Assembly: GCA_003258735.1 (NCBI GenBank)
Contig: QHME01000006.1
Location: 22,518-86,517 of the forward strand
Length of the DNA: 64,000 bases
Direction: 5' to 3'
From: Candidatus Melainabacteria bacterium
GTDB taxonomy: Bacteria; Cyanobacteriota; Vampirovibrionia; Gastranaerophilales; Gastranaerophilaceae
Each line of letters opens with the position of its first letter. The stretch's first letter is position 1. A program made the position numbers and the translations under genes. Below, in pieces: positions 1 to 10,023 of the stretch. The notes beneath the pieces are model-generated. The model searched no databases. It saw only the letters and a list, made by a program, of their open reading frames with translations, and was not told the origin of the DNA.

Positions 1-2
1 CA

Positions 3-323
3 GAAGGAAGAGGCGATATTCTAAATTACCTCAAACCGCTCAATCTGGACAAAGATGAATTACTCAAAATCGCTCAACTTGTAGAAGGGTTGGAAAAATC
101 TGCAGTTGATAGATATTTGAAAAAATCCGAATACGAGAAATCATTGAATGACGAGAACACACTGGCAAAGAGTAAATTGACGGCTTATGCACAAAATTCT
201 GCTCCGGAGACCGGCTTTAACAGGGTTTATACTCGTGAGGAAATCGGCAATATGAGTGGTGAGGAATTTACGAAAAATGAAAAAGCAATTATGGAGCAGG
301 TAAAACTGGGACTAATTAAGTAA
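3..323 (+). CDS. C-terminal fragment of an ORF that begins upstream of the window; unknown phage-region protein
   Basis: Reading frame is open from nt 3 with no stop until 323, so the start lies outside the window. No recognisable motifs. Confidence 0.3.
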   Translation, partial: EGRGDILNYLKPLNLDKDELLKIAQLVEGLEKSAVDRYLKKSEYEKSLNDENTLAKSKLTAYAQNSAPETGFNRVYTREEIGNMSGEEFTKNEKAIMEQVKLGLIK

Positions 324-400
324 TGTCGTAAATTTCAAGAAATTTGGGCAGAAAGATATTTGATTTTTCTGCCTGAATTTTCAAAATTATAGGAGAACTT

Positions 401-1039
401 ATGAATTTTTTAGAACTTATAAATAAATGTTTGTTAGAACTTAACTATAGGCAAGTTAATGCATTTTCCGAGTTGACAAAAAATGACCACAAACGAATAA
501 TTACAATTTTGAATATTATAAATAAAGAAATTTGTGCAACAGAGTTTTGGAACTTTTTATTAAGACGAACTCAAGTGAATTTTAATGCCAACTCCACAGA
601 AATTCAAAATCCAATAAATGGCAGAATTTTATATTTGTTTATTGAAGGGAAACGCTATGAGTTTGATGAAAATATTGCATATTTTTTATCAGGTAATCCA
701 AAATCTCAAACTTATTCAATATTTGATAATAAACTATTATTTCCAAAATTCGACAAGGATAAAAAGTTGGATATAATTTATTACACAAAAGATTGTGTAC
801 AAAATGAACAGGGCAAAGAAAAATCTGATTTTGAAACTTCAACAGATAAATCTTTAATTCCAATGCCGTTTGTTGAGCAATTACTGGTTTATGGTACGTG
901 CATGCGATTGAAAGCTAATCCGCAATACTTCAAGTTTTCGTATTGGATGAGCATGTATAAAGAAGCAATGGCTAACTTAAAATCCAAGTCCACAATTGCG
1001 ACTTCAAATACTCCAACAATCAAGTTATCACGGATATAA
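401..1039 (+). CDS. hypothetical protein (phage-associated region)
   Basis: 212-aa ORF; RBS-like AGGAGAA about 7 nt upstream of the ATG. No motif recognised. Confidence 0.45.
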   Translation: MNFLELINKCLLELNYRQVNAFSELTKNDHKRIITILNIINKEICATEFWNFLLRRTQVNFNANSTEIQNPINGRILYLFIEGKRYEFDENIAYFLSGNPKSQTYSIFDNKLLFPKFDKDKKLDIIYYTKDCVQNEQGKEKSDFETSTDKSLIPMPFVEQLLVYGTCMRLKANPQYFKFSYWMSMYKEAMANLKSKSTIATSNTPTIKLSRI

Positions 1040-1167
1040 GGGCAAAAAAAACAGGAAGTCCTTTTCATTCCCCCCTGTTAAGATTTACACTAGCCGAAAT
1101 ATAAATAGCATGTATATTATACAAATTTTTCGGCAAAAATACAAATTATGATAAGAAATGTAAAGAC

Positions 1168-1608
1168 ATGAAACACCAACTGACACAACAACAAAAACGG
1201 TTTGTAAGTGAGTATATCAAAAGTCTTGATAGTGAAATGGCAGCTAAAAAAGCCGGTTACAAAAATAAAGATTTGAAAAATTTTGCGACAGAATTACTGA
1301 AAAAAGAGTATATAATTCGTGAAATTAAATCTCAAATAAATCTGCAAATCAACACCCTCAGTGTGCAAAGAGGATATGTAATTCAAAAACTTTTACAAAT
1401 TGCAGAGTTTTCGTTGACGGAAGAAGATATTACAGACAAAGATGGAAATTTTACTGGCAAACGCAAACTTAGAGATTCGACTGCAGGTCTAAAAGCGCTG
1501 GAATCTTTGTGCAAATATCTTGGATTTTCTTCTGTATCAAATGATGAAAACAGCTATCAGGAAGCTAAGATTATCACAATTTCAAACTTAGATGATGAAA
1601 AAATTTAA
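1168..1608 (+). CDS. phage terminase small subunit (Terminase_2-like)
   Basis: 146 aa. N-terminal segment QQKRFVSEYIKSLDSEMAAKKAGY resembles the DNA-binding N-terminus of Terminase_2 small subunits (pattern F..eY....na.qAA..AGYS). It lies upstream of a large terminase. Confidence 0.55.
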   Translation: MKHQLTQQQKRFVSEYIKSLDSEMAAKKAGYKNKDLKNFATELLKKEYIIREIKSQINLQINTLSVQRGYVIQKLLQIAEFSLTEEDITDKDGNFTGKRKLRDSTAGLKALESLCKYLGFSSVSNDENSYQEAKIITISNLDDEKI

Positions 1609-1625
1609 TATTTGAAAGGTAAAAA

Positions 1626-1976
1626 ATGAAAGAACACAATGAAATAGAACAAATTTTGTTAAATGATTCAGAATATGAAAAAATTACAAAAGCAAAATTA
1701 GAACAAGATTTTAGAAAAGAATTAAATAAAAAATCTTGCCAAAATTCAAAAAATATTACAGATATAAAATTAGTCCCAAAGGACAAAATATTTTCAAAAT
1801 TCACAATATTTGAAGTTTTGAATAAGGTTAGCAAAACTTCTTCCAAAATAAACGGACTTCAAGCTGATGGATATTTGGGCAAGCAAAATTCTGACAGGAT
1901 AAAATTGCAATCAGGAGAAATAGACTCTTTTGTCTGCGGTGATAAATTTGTGAAATTTTTAAAATACAATGGATAG
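1626..1976 (+). CDS. hypothetical protein
   Basis: 116-aa ORF; RBS GAAAGG upstream. Lys/Glu-rich with no motif. Confidence 0.4.
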   Translation: MKEHNEIEQILLNDSEYEKITKAKLEQDFRKELNKKSCQNSKNITDIKLVPKDKIFSKFTIFEVLNKVSKTSSKINGLQADGYLGKQNSDRIKLQSGEIDSFVCGDKFVKFLKYNG

Positions 1977-1981
1977 CTTTT

Positions 1982-2497
1982 ATGTGCAAATTTAAAAAAG
2001 TTGATTCAAAAGTAATTCTCCTAACACCTCAAGAGCTTTCTTTTATAAATAATTGTATAAAAAATTATTCAAAATATTTTCAAGATGATTTTGCTTTTAT
2101 TCCTAAAAATATTTTTGAAATTCCAAAAATTTTACCAAATAACTTTTGGTTGATTTTGAATTTTTATAACAAGCCGATGGGTTTTGTCTATTTAGATAAT
2201 TTTATCGGTAAAGAAACTCGCTTATATAGTGCAGAATTGACAACATGTTTTGCTAAATGTGCTTGGGGTGATTTTACTAAATACAGTGCAAAAATCTTTT
2301 TGAAAAAATGTTTTGATGAATTTGGGCTAGAAAAAATCAAAGCCCAAGTTTATCCTGACAATTTTAGAGTGAAAAATTTGCTCAAAATTTGCGGATTTAC
2401 TCACGAATCAACATTACAAAAAGAAACTCTACGCAATGGTAAGCCTCAAAATATTGAAGTTTACGGATTGTACAGAAATTATTACTACAAAAAATGA
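1982..2497 (+). CDS. GNAT-family N-acetyltransferase-like protein
   Basis: 171 aa. The C-terminal half (AQVYPDNFRVKNLLKICGFTHESTLQKETLRNGKPQNIEVYGLYR) matches the GNAT beta-strand/helix pattern (v.p.N.rs..l..k.GF..eg.l......g...d...y.l). Confidence 0.4.
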   Translation: MCKFKKVDSKVILLTPQELSFINNCIKNYSKYFQDDFAFIPKNIFEIPKILPNNFWLILNFYNKPMGFVYLDNFIGKETRLYSAELTTCFAKCAWGDFTKYSAKIFLKKCFDEFGLEKIKAQVYPDNFRVKNLLKICGFTHESTLQKETLRNGKPQNIEVYGLYRNYYYKK

Positions 2498-2504
2498 GGT
2501 AAAT

Positions 2505-4178
2505 ATGAAAAATGATAACAACAATTTGTCCTATGCGGATGAACAATATTTGCTTGGTCAAATAACTGAAAAATACGATTATTATGAGGATGCTCGCAAT
2601 TCACAAATTGCAGACAATTTACTGGTAAAATATGCAATTTATGATTCTGTTATTCCAAAAGTTAATGCTTGGGATTGTAAAATTCAACTTCCAGATATTT
2701 ATGAACTTGCCCAAACTTTAAAATCGCACATTGTACAAAATTTGTATTCTCATCCTGATAGCATGTTTGATGTTGAAGGTATTGATTATGAAACTCAAAA
2801 ATATGCCAACAAACAAAAAGCAATGCTTGTTAATACATTTGAATCAATGAAAATCGAAGATGAGATGGAAAAAATTATTGATTCTGTTGTTGAAACAGGA
2901 GAAGTAACTCTTTTTGTCGGATGGGAAACAAAAACAAGAAGGACTCGCAGAGCCGTAACACTGGATGAGCAAATTACAAAAGGAATTAAGGAATCTTTTA
3001 TTGTAGAAGATAATGTGATTTATGACAACGCACGAGTAAAATTCATCAATTATGAGGATTTTGTATTTGATAGAGCAGAGAAAGAAAACTGGGATTCTTG
3101 TGGCAAAATTTATCGCACATATTTGTCGTTAGATGAAATTAAGTCAAATAAATCTAACAACTTTTTAAATCCCGAAAAGCTTGAAATATTGAAAGGAGTG
3201 GTGGCAAAAAAAATAGCAAAAAATACGCATTTAACATCTTCTCACAATGGGAAAATTGAGGTATTAGAATACTGGGGAGATATTGAACTTCAAAATGGAA
3301 CTGTTTTGAAAAATAAATTAATTGTGCTTGCTGGCAGGAGTGTGATTATTAGATTTGAAGATAATCCTTTTGTAATAAATCCATTTATTCATGCAAATAT
3401 TATAGAAAATCCGACAACAGGAAGAGGTATTTCGCCATTGCGTGTGGCTTTGATACTAAACAATATAGCCTCAACGATTTTAAATAAACAACTTGATGCG
3501 CTTGCTCTTATGATGAATCCACCATATCTTGCACCAAAAGGCTGTTTTAAAGGAGAACAAGATGTGCGTCCTGGAAAAATTATTGAATATGATGCAACTC
3601 TTATGACGTCAACTCCAACACCAATTTCTTTTGACAAAGCTATGCAAGGTTGGGATTTTTTAAACTATTTCAAATCAACAATAGAAAGTGCAACAGGAAT
3701 TTTCAAAAATATGGCAGGAAATATCCAAGAATCACAGCGTACTGCTACGGAGCTGAATTATTCTGTTGGAGGTCAAGAGGCTCGATTAAATATGATTTTG
3801 GAATCTATAAATCGCAAGGTCATAGTACCAATGGTTGAAAAAACAGCTGAATTAATTTCAAATTTTAAGCTGGGTAAAGAAACTGTATTGGCAAATGATC
3901 GTGGGCATTTGTATCTTGTAGAAATTGATGATAAAATTCGCAATTCAAATTATGTTTACCGCTATGGAGACAGAAAAGCTTCTTTTGAGCGCAAAGCCAA
4001 GTTAAAAGAGTTGTTTGAAGTTCTTCAATCTTTTTTGAAAATAGAGACTGTTGCAAATCGTATTGATTGGCTTGAGTGTTTCAAATTTGCAATGGAACAA
4101 TATGGAATTGAAAACGCGAATAACTTTTTGACAGAAGAGAAATCGATAGATGAAACATCGGATACAAAAGTTCAGTAA
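2505..4178 (+). CDS. phage structural protein, portal-like (uncertain)
   Basis: 557 aa from the internal ATG at 2505, which has RBS GAGG upstream; the longer 2436 start would overlap the previous gene by 60 nt. Size and position between terS and terL suggest a portal or head-morphogenesis protein. No diagnostic motif could be verified by eye. Confidence 0.35.
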   Translation: MKNDNNNLSYADEQYLLGQITEKYDYYEDARNSQIADNLLVKYAIYDSVIPKVNAWDCKIQLPDIYELAQTLKSHIVQNLYSHPDSMFDVEGIDYETQKYANKQKAMLVNTFESMKIEDEMEKIIDSVVETGEVTLFVGWETKTRRTRRAVTLDEQITKGIKESFIVEDNVIYDNARVKFINYEDFVFDRAEKENWDSCGKIYRTYLSLDEIKSNKSNNFLNPEKLEILKGVVAKKIAKNTHLTSSHNGKIEVLEYWGDIELQNGTVLKNKLIVLAGRSVIIRFEDNPFVINPFIHANIIENPTTGRGISPLRVALILNNIASTILNKQLDALALMMNPPYLAPKGCFKGEQDVRPGKIIEYDATLMTSTPTPISFDKAMQGWDFLNYFKSTIESATGIFKNMAGNIQESQRTATELNYSVGGQEARLNMILESINRKVIVPMVEKTAELISNFKLGKETVLANDRGHLYLVEIDDKIRNSNYVYRYGDRKASFERKAKLKELFEVLQSFLKIETVANRIDWLECFKFAMEQYGIENANNFLTEEKSIDETSDTKVQ

Positions 4179-4194
4179 ATTATGAGGTGATATT

Positions 4195-5484
4195 GTGAAA
4201 TATAAACTGCTGGATGCTCAAAGAAGATTTTTAGAAATTCCGCACGATTATTCTTTGGATGTCGCAGTTTATCAAGGTGGTTACGGTTCCGGCAAGACTT
4301 TTGCCGGAGCTCTCCTTGGTATTCTACTTGCGATAAAATTTCCAGGAATCATTGGGCTTGTGGGTGCTCAAACATATACACTTGTTCGTGACACAACACT
4401 AAAAACTTATTTTGAACACTTTGACAATATTGGATTTGTAGACAAAATTGATTATAAATGGGTGAGTGCGGAGCAAAAATTGGTTTTTCGTAACGGTTCA
4501 GAAATCTTATTCAGGCATTTTGATGAACCCAACAAATTAAAGTCGTTAAATCTTGGTTTTGTGGAAATTGAAGAAATGTCGGATGTTCCTTATGAGACCT
4601 TCAAAATGTTGCTTGCCAGAATGAGACAGCGAGTAAAACCGCATTGGAAAAACTTCACCTATAGAATTTTTGGACATACAAACCCTGAAACCCAAAAAGG
4701 ATGGCTCTACAAAACTTTTTACGATAATCCTCCGCCGAATTATCGACTGATTTGTGCACCTACGACCCAAAATATTTATCTGCCGAAAGGTTTTTGTGAC
4801 GAACTCAAAAATTTATATGATGAAAGTTACTATCAGATTTTTGTTATGGGCAAAACCGGTGATTACAGTTCAAATCTAGTGGTAAAAGATTTTACGGATG
4901 AAAATGTTAAAAATATAGCATATCAACAGGATTTGGATGTACATATAAGTTGCGACTTCAACGTCGACCCTATGGCTTGGGTTTTGGCACACAAAACCGA
5001 AAACAAAGTTTTCTATTTTGATGAACTGGTTTTAGAAAATACGACAACATCTAAAACTTGCGAGGAATTTCACTCAAGATATCCAAACCATAAAGGCAAA
5101 ATTATCGTCAACGGTGATGCCTCAGGTGACAACAGAAGTTGTACGAGTGAATATACAAATTACGTAATAATTAAGCGCAAATTGGAATCATTTGGCTACG
5201 AAGTAGAAATAAAGATAAAAGGATTTAATCCGCCAATCAAAAACAGAGTTGCTGCCTTCAATGCAAAAGTCAAAAACGCAAATGGAGAAATCGGTTTGTA
5301 TATTTCGCCCAAATGCGAAAAACTTTTGTATAACATTTACAATTTGAGATATATAGAAGGAAGTTCCAAAATAGATATTCCGACTTATTCTCAAATCAAA
5401 CAGGCAAAAGAATTAAAGTTTTTGTCACATCCGTTTGATGCCGCATCATATTTGGTAGATTTTTATTGGCCGATTGTACTTTAA
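4195..5484 (+). CDS. phage terminase large subunit, PBSX-like family
   Basis: 429 aa with a GTG start after RBS GAGGTGA. Walker A GGYGSGKT near the N-terminus and Walker B-like LGFVEIEEM, as in PBSX/XtmB-type TerL. The C-terminal half has acidic nuclease-like residues. Confidence 0.7.
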   Translation: MKYKLLDAQRRFLEIPHDYSLDVAVYQGGYGSGKTFAGALLGILLAIKFPGIIGLVGAQTYTLVRDTTLKTYFEHFDNIGFVDKIDYKWVSAEQKLVFRNGSEILFRHFDEPNKLKSLNLGFVEIEEMSDVPYETFKMLLARMRQRVKPHWKNFTYRIFGHTNPETQKGWLYKTFYDNPPPNYRLICAPTTQNIYLPKGFCDELKNLYDESYYQIFVMGKTGDYSSNLVVKDFTDENVKNIAYQQDLDVHISCDFNVDPMAWVLAHKTENKVFYFDELVLENTTTSKTCEEFHSRYPNHKGKIIVNGDASGDNRSCTSEYTNYVIIKRKLESFGYEVEIKIKGFNPPIKNRVAAFNAKVKNANGEIGLYISPKCEKLLYNIYNLRYIEGSSKIDIPTYSQIKQAKELKFLSHPFDAASYLVDFYWPIVL

Positions 5485-5502
5485 CTTTGGAAAGGAAAAA
5501 TT

Positions 5503-5724
5503 ATGGAACAATTTATATATTATGCACCGGTGATAGTTGTTGTGCTTGTGTTTTTGATACATGAGCGCATTGTTGTCACACCTGAACAATTGGAAAAGAA
5601 ACACCGAGAGATTATCAAAGATGTTGAAAAACGCTATGCGACCCTAAATAGCCTAGAAGACCTCAAAGAACAATTTTGTGACATGAAAGACAAAATCGAC
5701 AAAATTTACGATTGTTTGATGTAA
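5503..5724 (+). CDS. small membrane protein, unknown
   Basis: 73 aa; one N-terminal TM helix (YYAPVIVVVLVFLI) followed by a charged coiled segment. RBS GGAAAGGAAA upstream. Confidence 0.35.
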   Translation: MEQFIYYAPVIVVVLVFLIHERIVVTPEQLEKKHREIIKDVEKRYATLNSLEDLKEQFCDMKDKIDKIYDCLM

Positions 5725-5800
5725 AAAGAAAGGAGCTTTAGTTGGCAGTATCTCTAACTTACCTCCAAATCAAGATTTTCAGAAAATTGTACAAACAAAA

Positions 5801-6205
5801 GTGAAACAACAACTTGGGCAAAAAGATTCTATGGGGGTCATTTTTAAATCCGATAGCAATATATCAAAAGAAATTGCCATTTCCCCTGAGATAAAACAAC
5901 ATTTTCTTGAGAATAAAGATATACTCCTAAACCAAAAAGTAGTAAAAAATAGAAGTACATATTTTCAATCTAATAAGAATTTAGGAAAAGCAATAGGACA
6001 CTGCGATATCGTTTATTCATACTTAGATAATGATAAAAACATGATTTCAGTTTTACTTGATACCTATGATATGAATCAAAATGACCCTAGTAGACTGGTT
6101 CAATTAGCTCGCAAAGCTCAGGATAATGGAACATTTAGAACTTATTATTCAATATTTGTAACCAAAACAAACCATCGAATCTTACAAAAATGGCTAAAAA
6201 ATTAA
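5801..6205 (+). CDS. hypothetical protein
   Basis: 134-aa ORF with a GTG start; no motifs. Confidence 0.3.
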   Translation: MKQQLGQKDSMGVIFKSDSNISKEIAISPEIKQHFLENKDILLNQKVVKNRSTYFQSNKNLGKAIGHCDIVYSYLDNDKNMISVLLDTYDMNQNDPSRLVQLARKAQDNGTFRTYYSIFVTKTNHRILQKWLKN

Positions 6206-6538
6206 TGACCTAAAGAACAAAAGCAAACAGGCTAAAGCCACAATCATTGGGATATAATTCAATGACAAAATAACAAGTAATTGTGATTTTTGGTTATGAA
6301 AAAGTTTCCACGTAGAATACTCGGCAAGTAATGCTACTACATTTAAAACAATATTAGCAATTATTAAATATAAATAATCAATACTTAATTGTTTTGCTAA
6401 ATCCAATGTGAAATTCGCTATTAATTTCGGTAAAAATAAACTTATTAATACCGAAATTGCAATAAAAATATTACATAATTGATGAAATATTATAATTATT
6501 GCTAAATATATTTTTAATAAAGATTTTTTCATAACCAC
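6194..6538 (-). CDS. small polytopic membrane protein, unknown
   Basis: 114 aa with 3-4 predicted TM helices. First of three consecutive minus-strand small membrane ORFs. Confidence 0.4.
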   Translation of the reverse strand: MVMKKSLLKIYLAIIIIFHQLCNIFIAISVLISLFLPKLIANFTLDLAKQLSIDYLYLIIANIVLNVVALLAEYSTWKLFHNQKSQLLVILSLNYIPMIVALACLLLFFRSLIF

Positions 6539-6547
6539 TCCTTTCTT

Positions 6548-6910
6548 TTAACTTGGATTTGGAATAGGACTCATTTCTCCTAAAAAAATTAACATCCAAG
6601 TTCCAAAATACATTAATACTGCGATAGGAATATATATTCCTATCGCTAAAATTTTAAATTTATTTATTTGATTTTCTTTTATAAAACAATGTAAAAAATT
6701 CAAAACTGCAATACTGTATACATTAAAAACAATACAACTTAATATTGATTGTACTCCTGTTGGAATTGAAAATAAAAATGTTGTGCCACTGAATGGTACG
6801 AAAGACACTGAAAAAAGTGCACCAAGCATTAATAGCAAAAATACACAATTATAAAATAATATAGCAAAAATGATTATTATAAAATACAATGTTAATAATT
6901 TTTCTTTCAT
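6548..6910 (-). CDS. small polytopic membrane protein, paralog 1
   Basis: 120 aa. Clear paralog of 6922..7272 (MKEKLLTLYFIIIIFAILFYNCVF versus MKNILLKLYFGIIIFAMLIYNTALF) with a shared C-terminal region. Confidence 0.45.
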   Translation of the reverse strand: MKEKLLTLYFIIIIFAILFYNCVFLLLMLGALFSVSFVPFSGTTFLFSIPTGVQSILSCIVFNVYSIAVLNFLHCFIKENQINKFKILAIGIYIPIAVLMYFGTWMLIFLGEMSPIPNPS

Positions 6911-6921
6911 AACCCCTCTAC

Positions 6922-7272
6922 TTAGTCCACCAACGGAACTACCTCTTTAAATAATAATGCCATTATCCCCAAAGTCAAAATTACAATAAATGGAATATAT
7001 GCAAAAATCACCAAAATTTTGAATAAGTTTGATTTCTTACCTTTGATAACGTCATATAAAAATTTAAAAGCAATAACGCTATAAAAATTAAATATAGAAA
7101 AACCTAATATAAACTGCACTATCGCCGGAATTGCAGAAATTAAAGTTTCGGGTTTGAATGGCGAAAAACACACTTGAATAAACTCACACATTACAGAAAA
7201 TAATGCAGTATTATAAATTAGCATAGCAAAAATGATTATTCCAAAATATAATTTTAATAATATGTTTTTCAT
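6922..7272 (-). CDS. small polytopic membrane protein, paralog 2
   Basis: 116 aa; tandem paralog of 6548..6910. Confidence 0.45.
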   Translation of the reverse strand: MKNILLKLYFGIIIFAMLIYNTALFSVMCEFIQVCFSPFKPETLISAIPAIVQFILGFSIFNFYSVIAFKFLYDVIKGKKSNLFKILVIFAYIPFIVILTLGIMALLFKEVVPLVD

Positions 7273-7469
7273 TTAAAATTTTTCCTAATTCCCTTTAGAA
7301 TAAAACCACCAGACTTATTCTTAATAATTTTATTATGTGACAATAGTAGCATTTATTGCAACAAAATGCAATATGCAAAATCTTTTGAACCTTTATTTTA
7401 CTTATCTCTTGCTTTTTTTTATTATAGATATTATAATTAAAACAGTAAATTTAAAGGAAAAATAAAAGG

Positions 7470-8819
7470 ATGAGTGAGTCGAGTCTGGGAATCATAATTT
7501 CCAATTGGTTGATAGTTTTTGTATTGTTACTAGTTAATGGCTTTTTTGTATCCGCAGAATTTGCAATTGTGCGTGCAAGGCGTGCTAAAATAGAACAGCT
7601 TACCAAAGATGGTAATGTAGATGCAAAATTAGCCCTAAAAGCGTTGGAAGATATGAATTTCTTCATTGCTGCCGTTCAAGTCGGTGTAACTATCGCCAGT
7701 ATCGGTATTGGTTGGTTTGGTTCTCCAACTATCGAAAAAATGATGGATCCGATTTTGTCGAACTTGCCATCATCTTATGTATATTTAACTCATACAATCA
7801 CTGCGGTTGTGGCATTTTTGGTTGTAACATTTTTGCATGTGGTTATTGGTGAGCAAGTTCCAAAATGTATTGCACTCCAATATCCTGAAAAAATTTCTCT
7901 GTATGTTGCAAAACCGATGGATATTTTTATGACGATTTCAAAACCGTTTGTATGGGTTTTGAATGTTGCATGTAATGCAATTTTGCGCTTGTTTAGAATC
8001 CCTGTTAGCACAGCTCGCGTTGTGCATACAATTGAAGACTTAGATTTGATGGTTAATACCAGCTATGACGAAGGGGTTCTAAATGAAACAGAGAAAGATA
8101 TGATACACAATGTATTCAAATTCTCTGACTTGACCGCAAGAGAAGTAATGATTCCAAGAACTGATATGGTTTGCGTTCCTATAGGGATGTCTATTGAGGA
8201 ATTAAACAAAGTTGCAACAGAAAATCAATATACAAGATATCCGGTATATGATGGCGATATCGACCATATTACAGGTTTGATTCACGTAAAAGATTTATAT
8301 TCTCTTTCAATCAAGGACGAAGTTTGCCCAATTGAAAAAATCCAAAGAAAAGTTTTGCTTGTACCTGAGACAATTACAATGGATAATCTTGTGCGCGAAT
8401 TCAAGAAAAATAAAAGTCAAATGGCTGTCGTCGTTGATGAATTTGGTGGAACTTCAGGTATTATTACATTGGAAGATGTTTTGGAAGAAATCTTTGGAGA
8501 TGTACAAGACGAATTTGATGAAGAAACAGAATTTGATATAAAAGAAATTAAACCAAATCATTATTTGGCAAACGGAATGATGCGACTTGATGAATTGGCT
8601 AATTATTTTGATTTGCCTGATGACAAATTGGAAGATGATGATGTTGATACAATTGCAGGATTGGTTGTCAAGGAACTAGGCAGACTTGCTCAGCTTGATG
8701 ATGTTGTTAAGTATCACGAATTTACATTCACCGTAAAAGAAGTTGATGGTGCAAGAATTACTAAATTGTTGGTTGTTAGAGATGAGTCTCAAGAAACCAC
8801 TGAACAACAAGAAGGGTAA
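7470..8819 (+). CDS. HlyC/CorC family transporter (CNNM/DUF21 TM domain, CBS pair, CorC_HlyC C-terminal domain)
   Basis: 449 aa. N-terminal 4-TM DUF21-like segment (LLLVNGFFVSAEFAIVRARR), a central CBS-pair region and the C-terminal transporter-associated domain. RBS AAAGGA upstream of the ATG. Confidence 0.85.
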   Translation: MSESSLGIIISNWLIVFVLLLVNGFFVSAEFAIVRARRAKIEQLTKDGNVDAKLALKALEDMNFFIAAVQVGVTIASIGIGWFGSPTIEKMMDPILSNLPSSYVYLTHTITAVVAFLVVTFLHVVIGEQVPKCIALQYPEKISLYVAKPMDIFMTISKPFVWVLNVACNAILRLFRIPVSTARVVHTIEDLDLMVNTSYDEGVLNETEKDMIHNVFKFSDLTAREVMIPRTDMVCVPIGMSIEELNKVATENQYTRYPVYDGDIDHITGLIHVKDLYSLSIKDEVCPIEKIQRKVLLVPETITMDNLVREFKKNKSQMAVVVDEFGGTSGIITLEDVLEEIFGDVQDEFDEETEFDIKEIKPNHYLANGMMRLDELANYFDLPDDKLEDDDVDTIAGLVVKELGRLAQLDDVVKYHEFTFTVKEVDGARITKLLVVRDESQETTEQQEG

Positions 8820-8878
8820 TTAAAGCACTCCCTTGCGGCTATCTATAAAGCAGGTTTGTTTTACTATGTTGACGATAT

Positions 8879-9445
8879 TTATGCAATATCGTCGCAGTCA
8901 GCAATATGAACTCGTTTAAAAGAATTTTTTAATACATCTTGGTCGCAGAGTTTTCGTTTTAGTGCTCTATCAATATGAGCATTACTTACCAAAAATTCAT
9001 CTGTATCTTTCAAATATGCGACGCTTGTTGGGCTTTTTCCATTTTGGAGTTCTGAAAATTTTATCTCTAACTGGTTTAGTAAATTGGAAAATTTGTTATA
9101 TATATCAAGGCTTTTCTTTGTATCTTTTGAACCAACAAGTAGTCCTTGTAAGTTCTCATTTTTTAGGTCAATATGGTTTCTCAAAAACATTAGGACATTA
9201 TTAAAACAGTGGTTTGAGCTGTCTTCAGGGTTTAAGTGCATAAGTATGGAATTATTTCCATCGGTAATAATGCAAGATGTGCAATCACAGATTCTATTTG
9301 TATAAACATCTTTGCCGACAACGCTTGATTCTATGTTCCAAGGAAAAGCCGCAAAATTTTTTTTCGGAATTTTTGTCCCTACATAGTCCGAAAACGATTT
9401 TATATTTATCGGCTTTATAGAAGATGTAAAACTAATATTATTCAT
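8879..9445 (-). CDS. hypothetical protein
   Basis: 188-aa ORF; no signal peptide or motif recognised. Confidence 0.4.
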   Translation of the reverse strand: MNNISFTSSIKPINIKSFSDYVGTKIPKKNFAAFPWNIESSVVGKDVYTNRICDCTSCIITDGNNSILMHLNPEDSSNHCFNNVLMFLRNHIDLKNENLQGLLVGSKDTKKSLDIYNKFSNLLNQLEIKFSELQNGKSPTSVAYLKDTDEFLVSNAHIDRALKRKLCDQDVLKNSFKRVHIADCDDIA

Positions 9446-10023
9446 TTTAGAATCACCTTTTGTATTCTTAAAAATCCCTCAAAATAAAATTTGCTATTAA
9501 AAAAGAACTTTTGCAAAAATAAAAGACCTTTTTAAAAGGTCTTTGACAAATAATTCCTATTCTAATTCTTTAAATGATTTTCTTTCCTATATGTTCCTAT
9601 ATTCCAACGATTTCAATATCTTTTTAAGCGATAAAGTTAGTTCCAAATCTGTTTGCACCGTGGAAAAAAGACTGTTTCATCATTTGTGTTAAAGTCTTTT
9701 TTACAACTTTTTTATCGTTTAAAGTAACTTCTTTCAAAGCTTTTGATGTATCTTTATATGCGCTTGTAACTGCATCAGAAAATAATAGCACTGTAGCCAT
9801 AATTTTATCCTCTCTTAATTTTGAATCTTATTTAAACTAATTTTCTTTTTCTTTATTTATCTCTTACATATATATAAAAACTTTGTTTAAAAATTTATTG
9901 ACTTTTTATATTCATTTTATATAAATTTCGTTACAATTCTTCATATATTACCTAAATGATTAAAGAATACAGGTACAAATGCCGAAATACATAATATAAG
10001 TTATGAAAGGATTGTATTAGATT

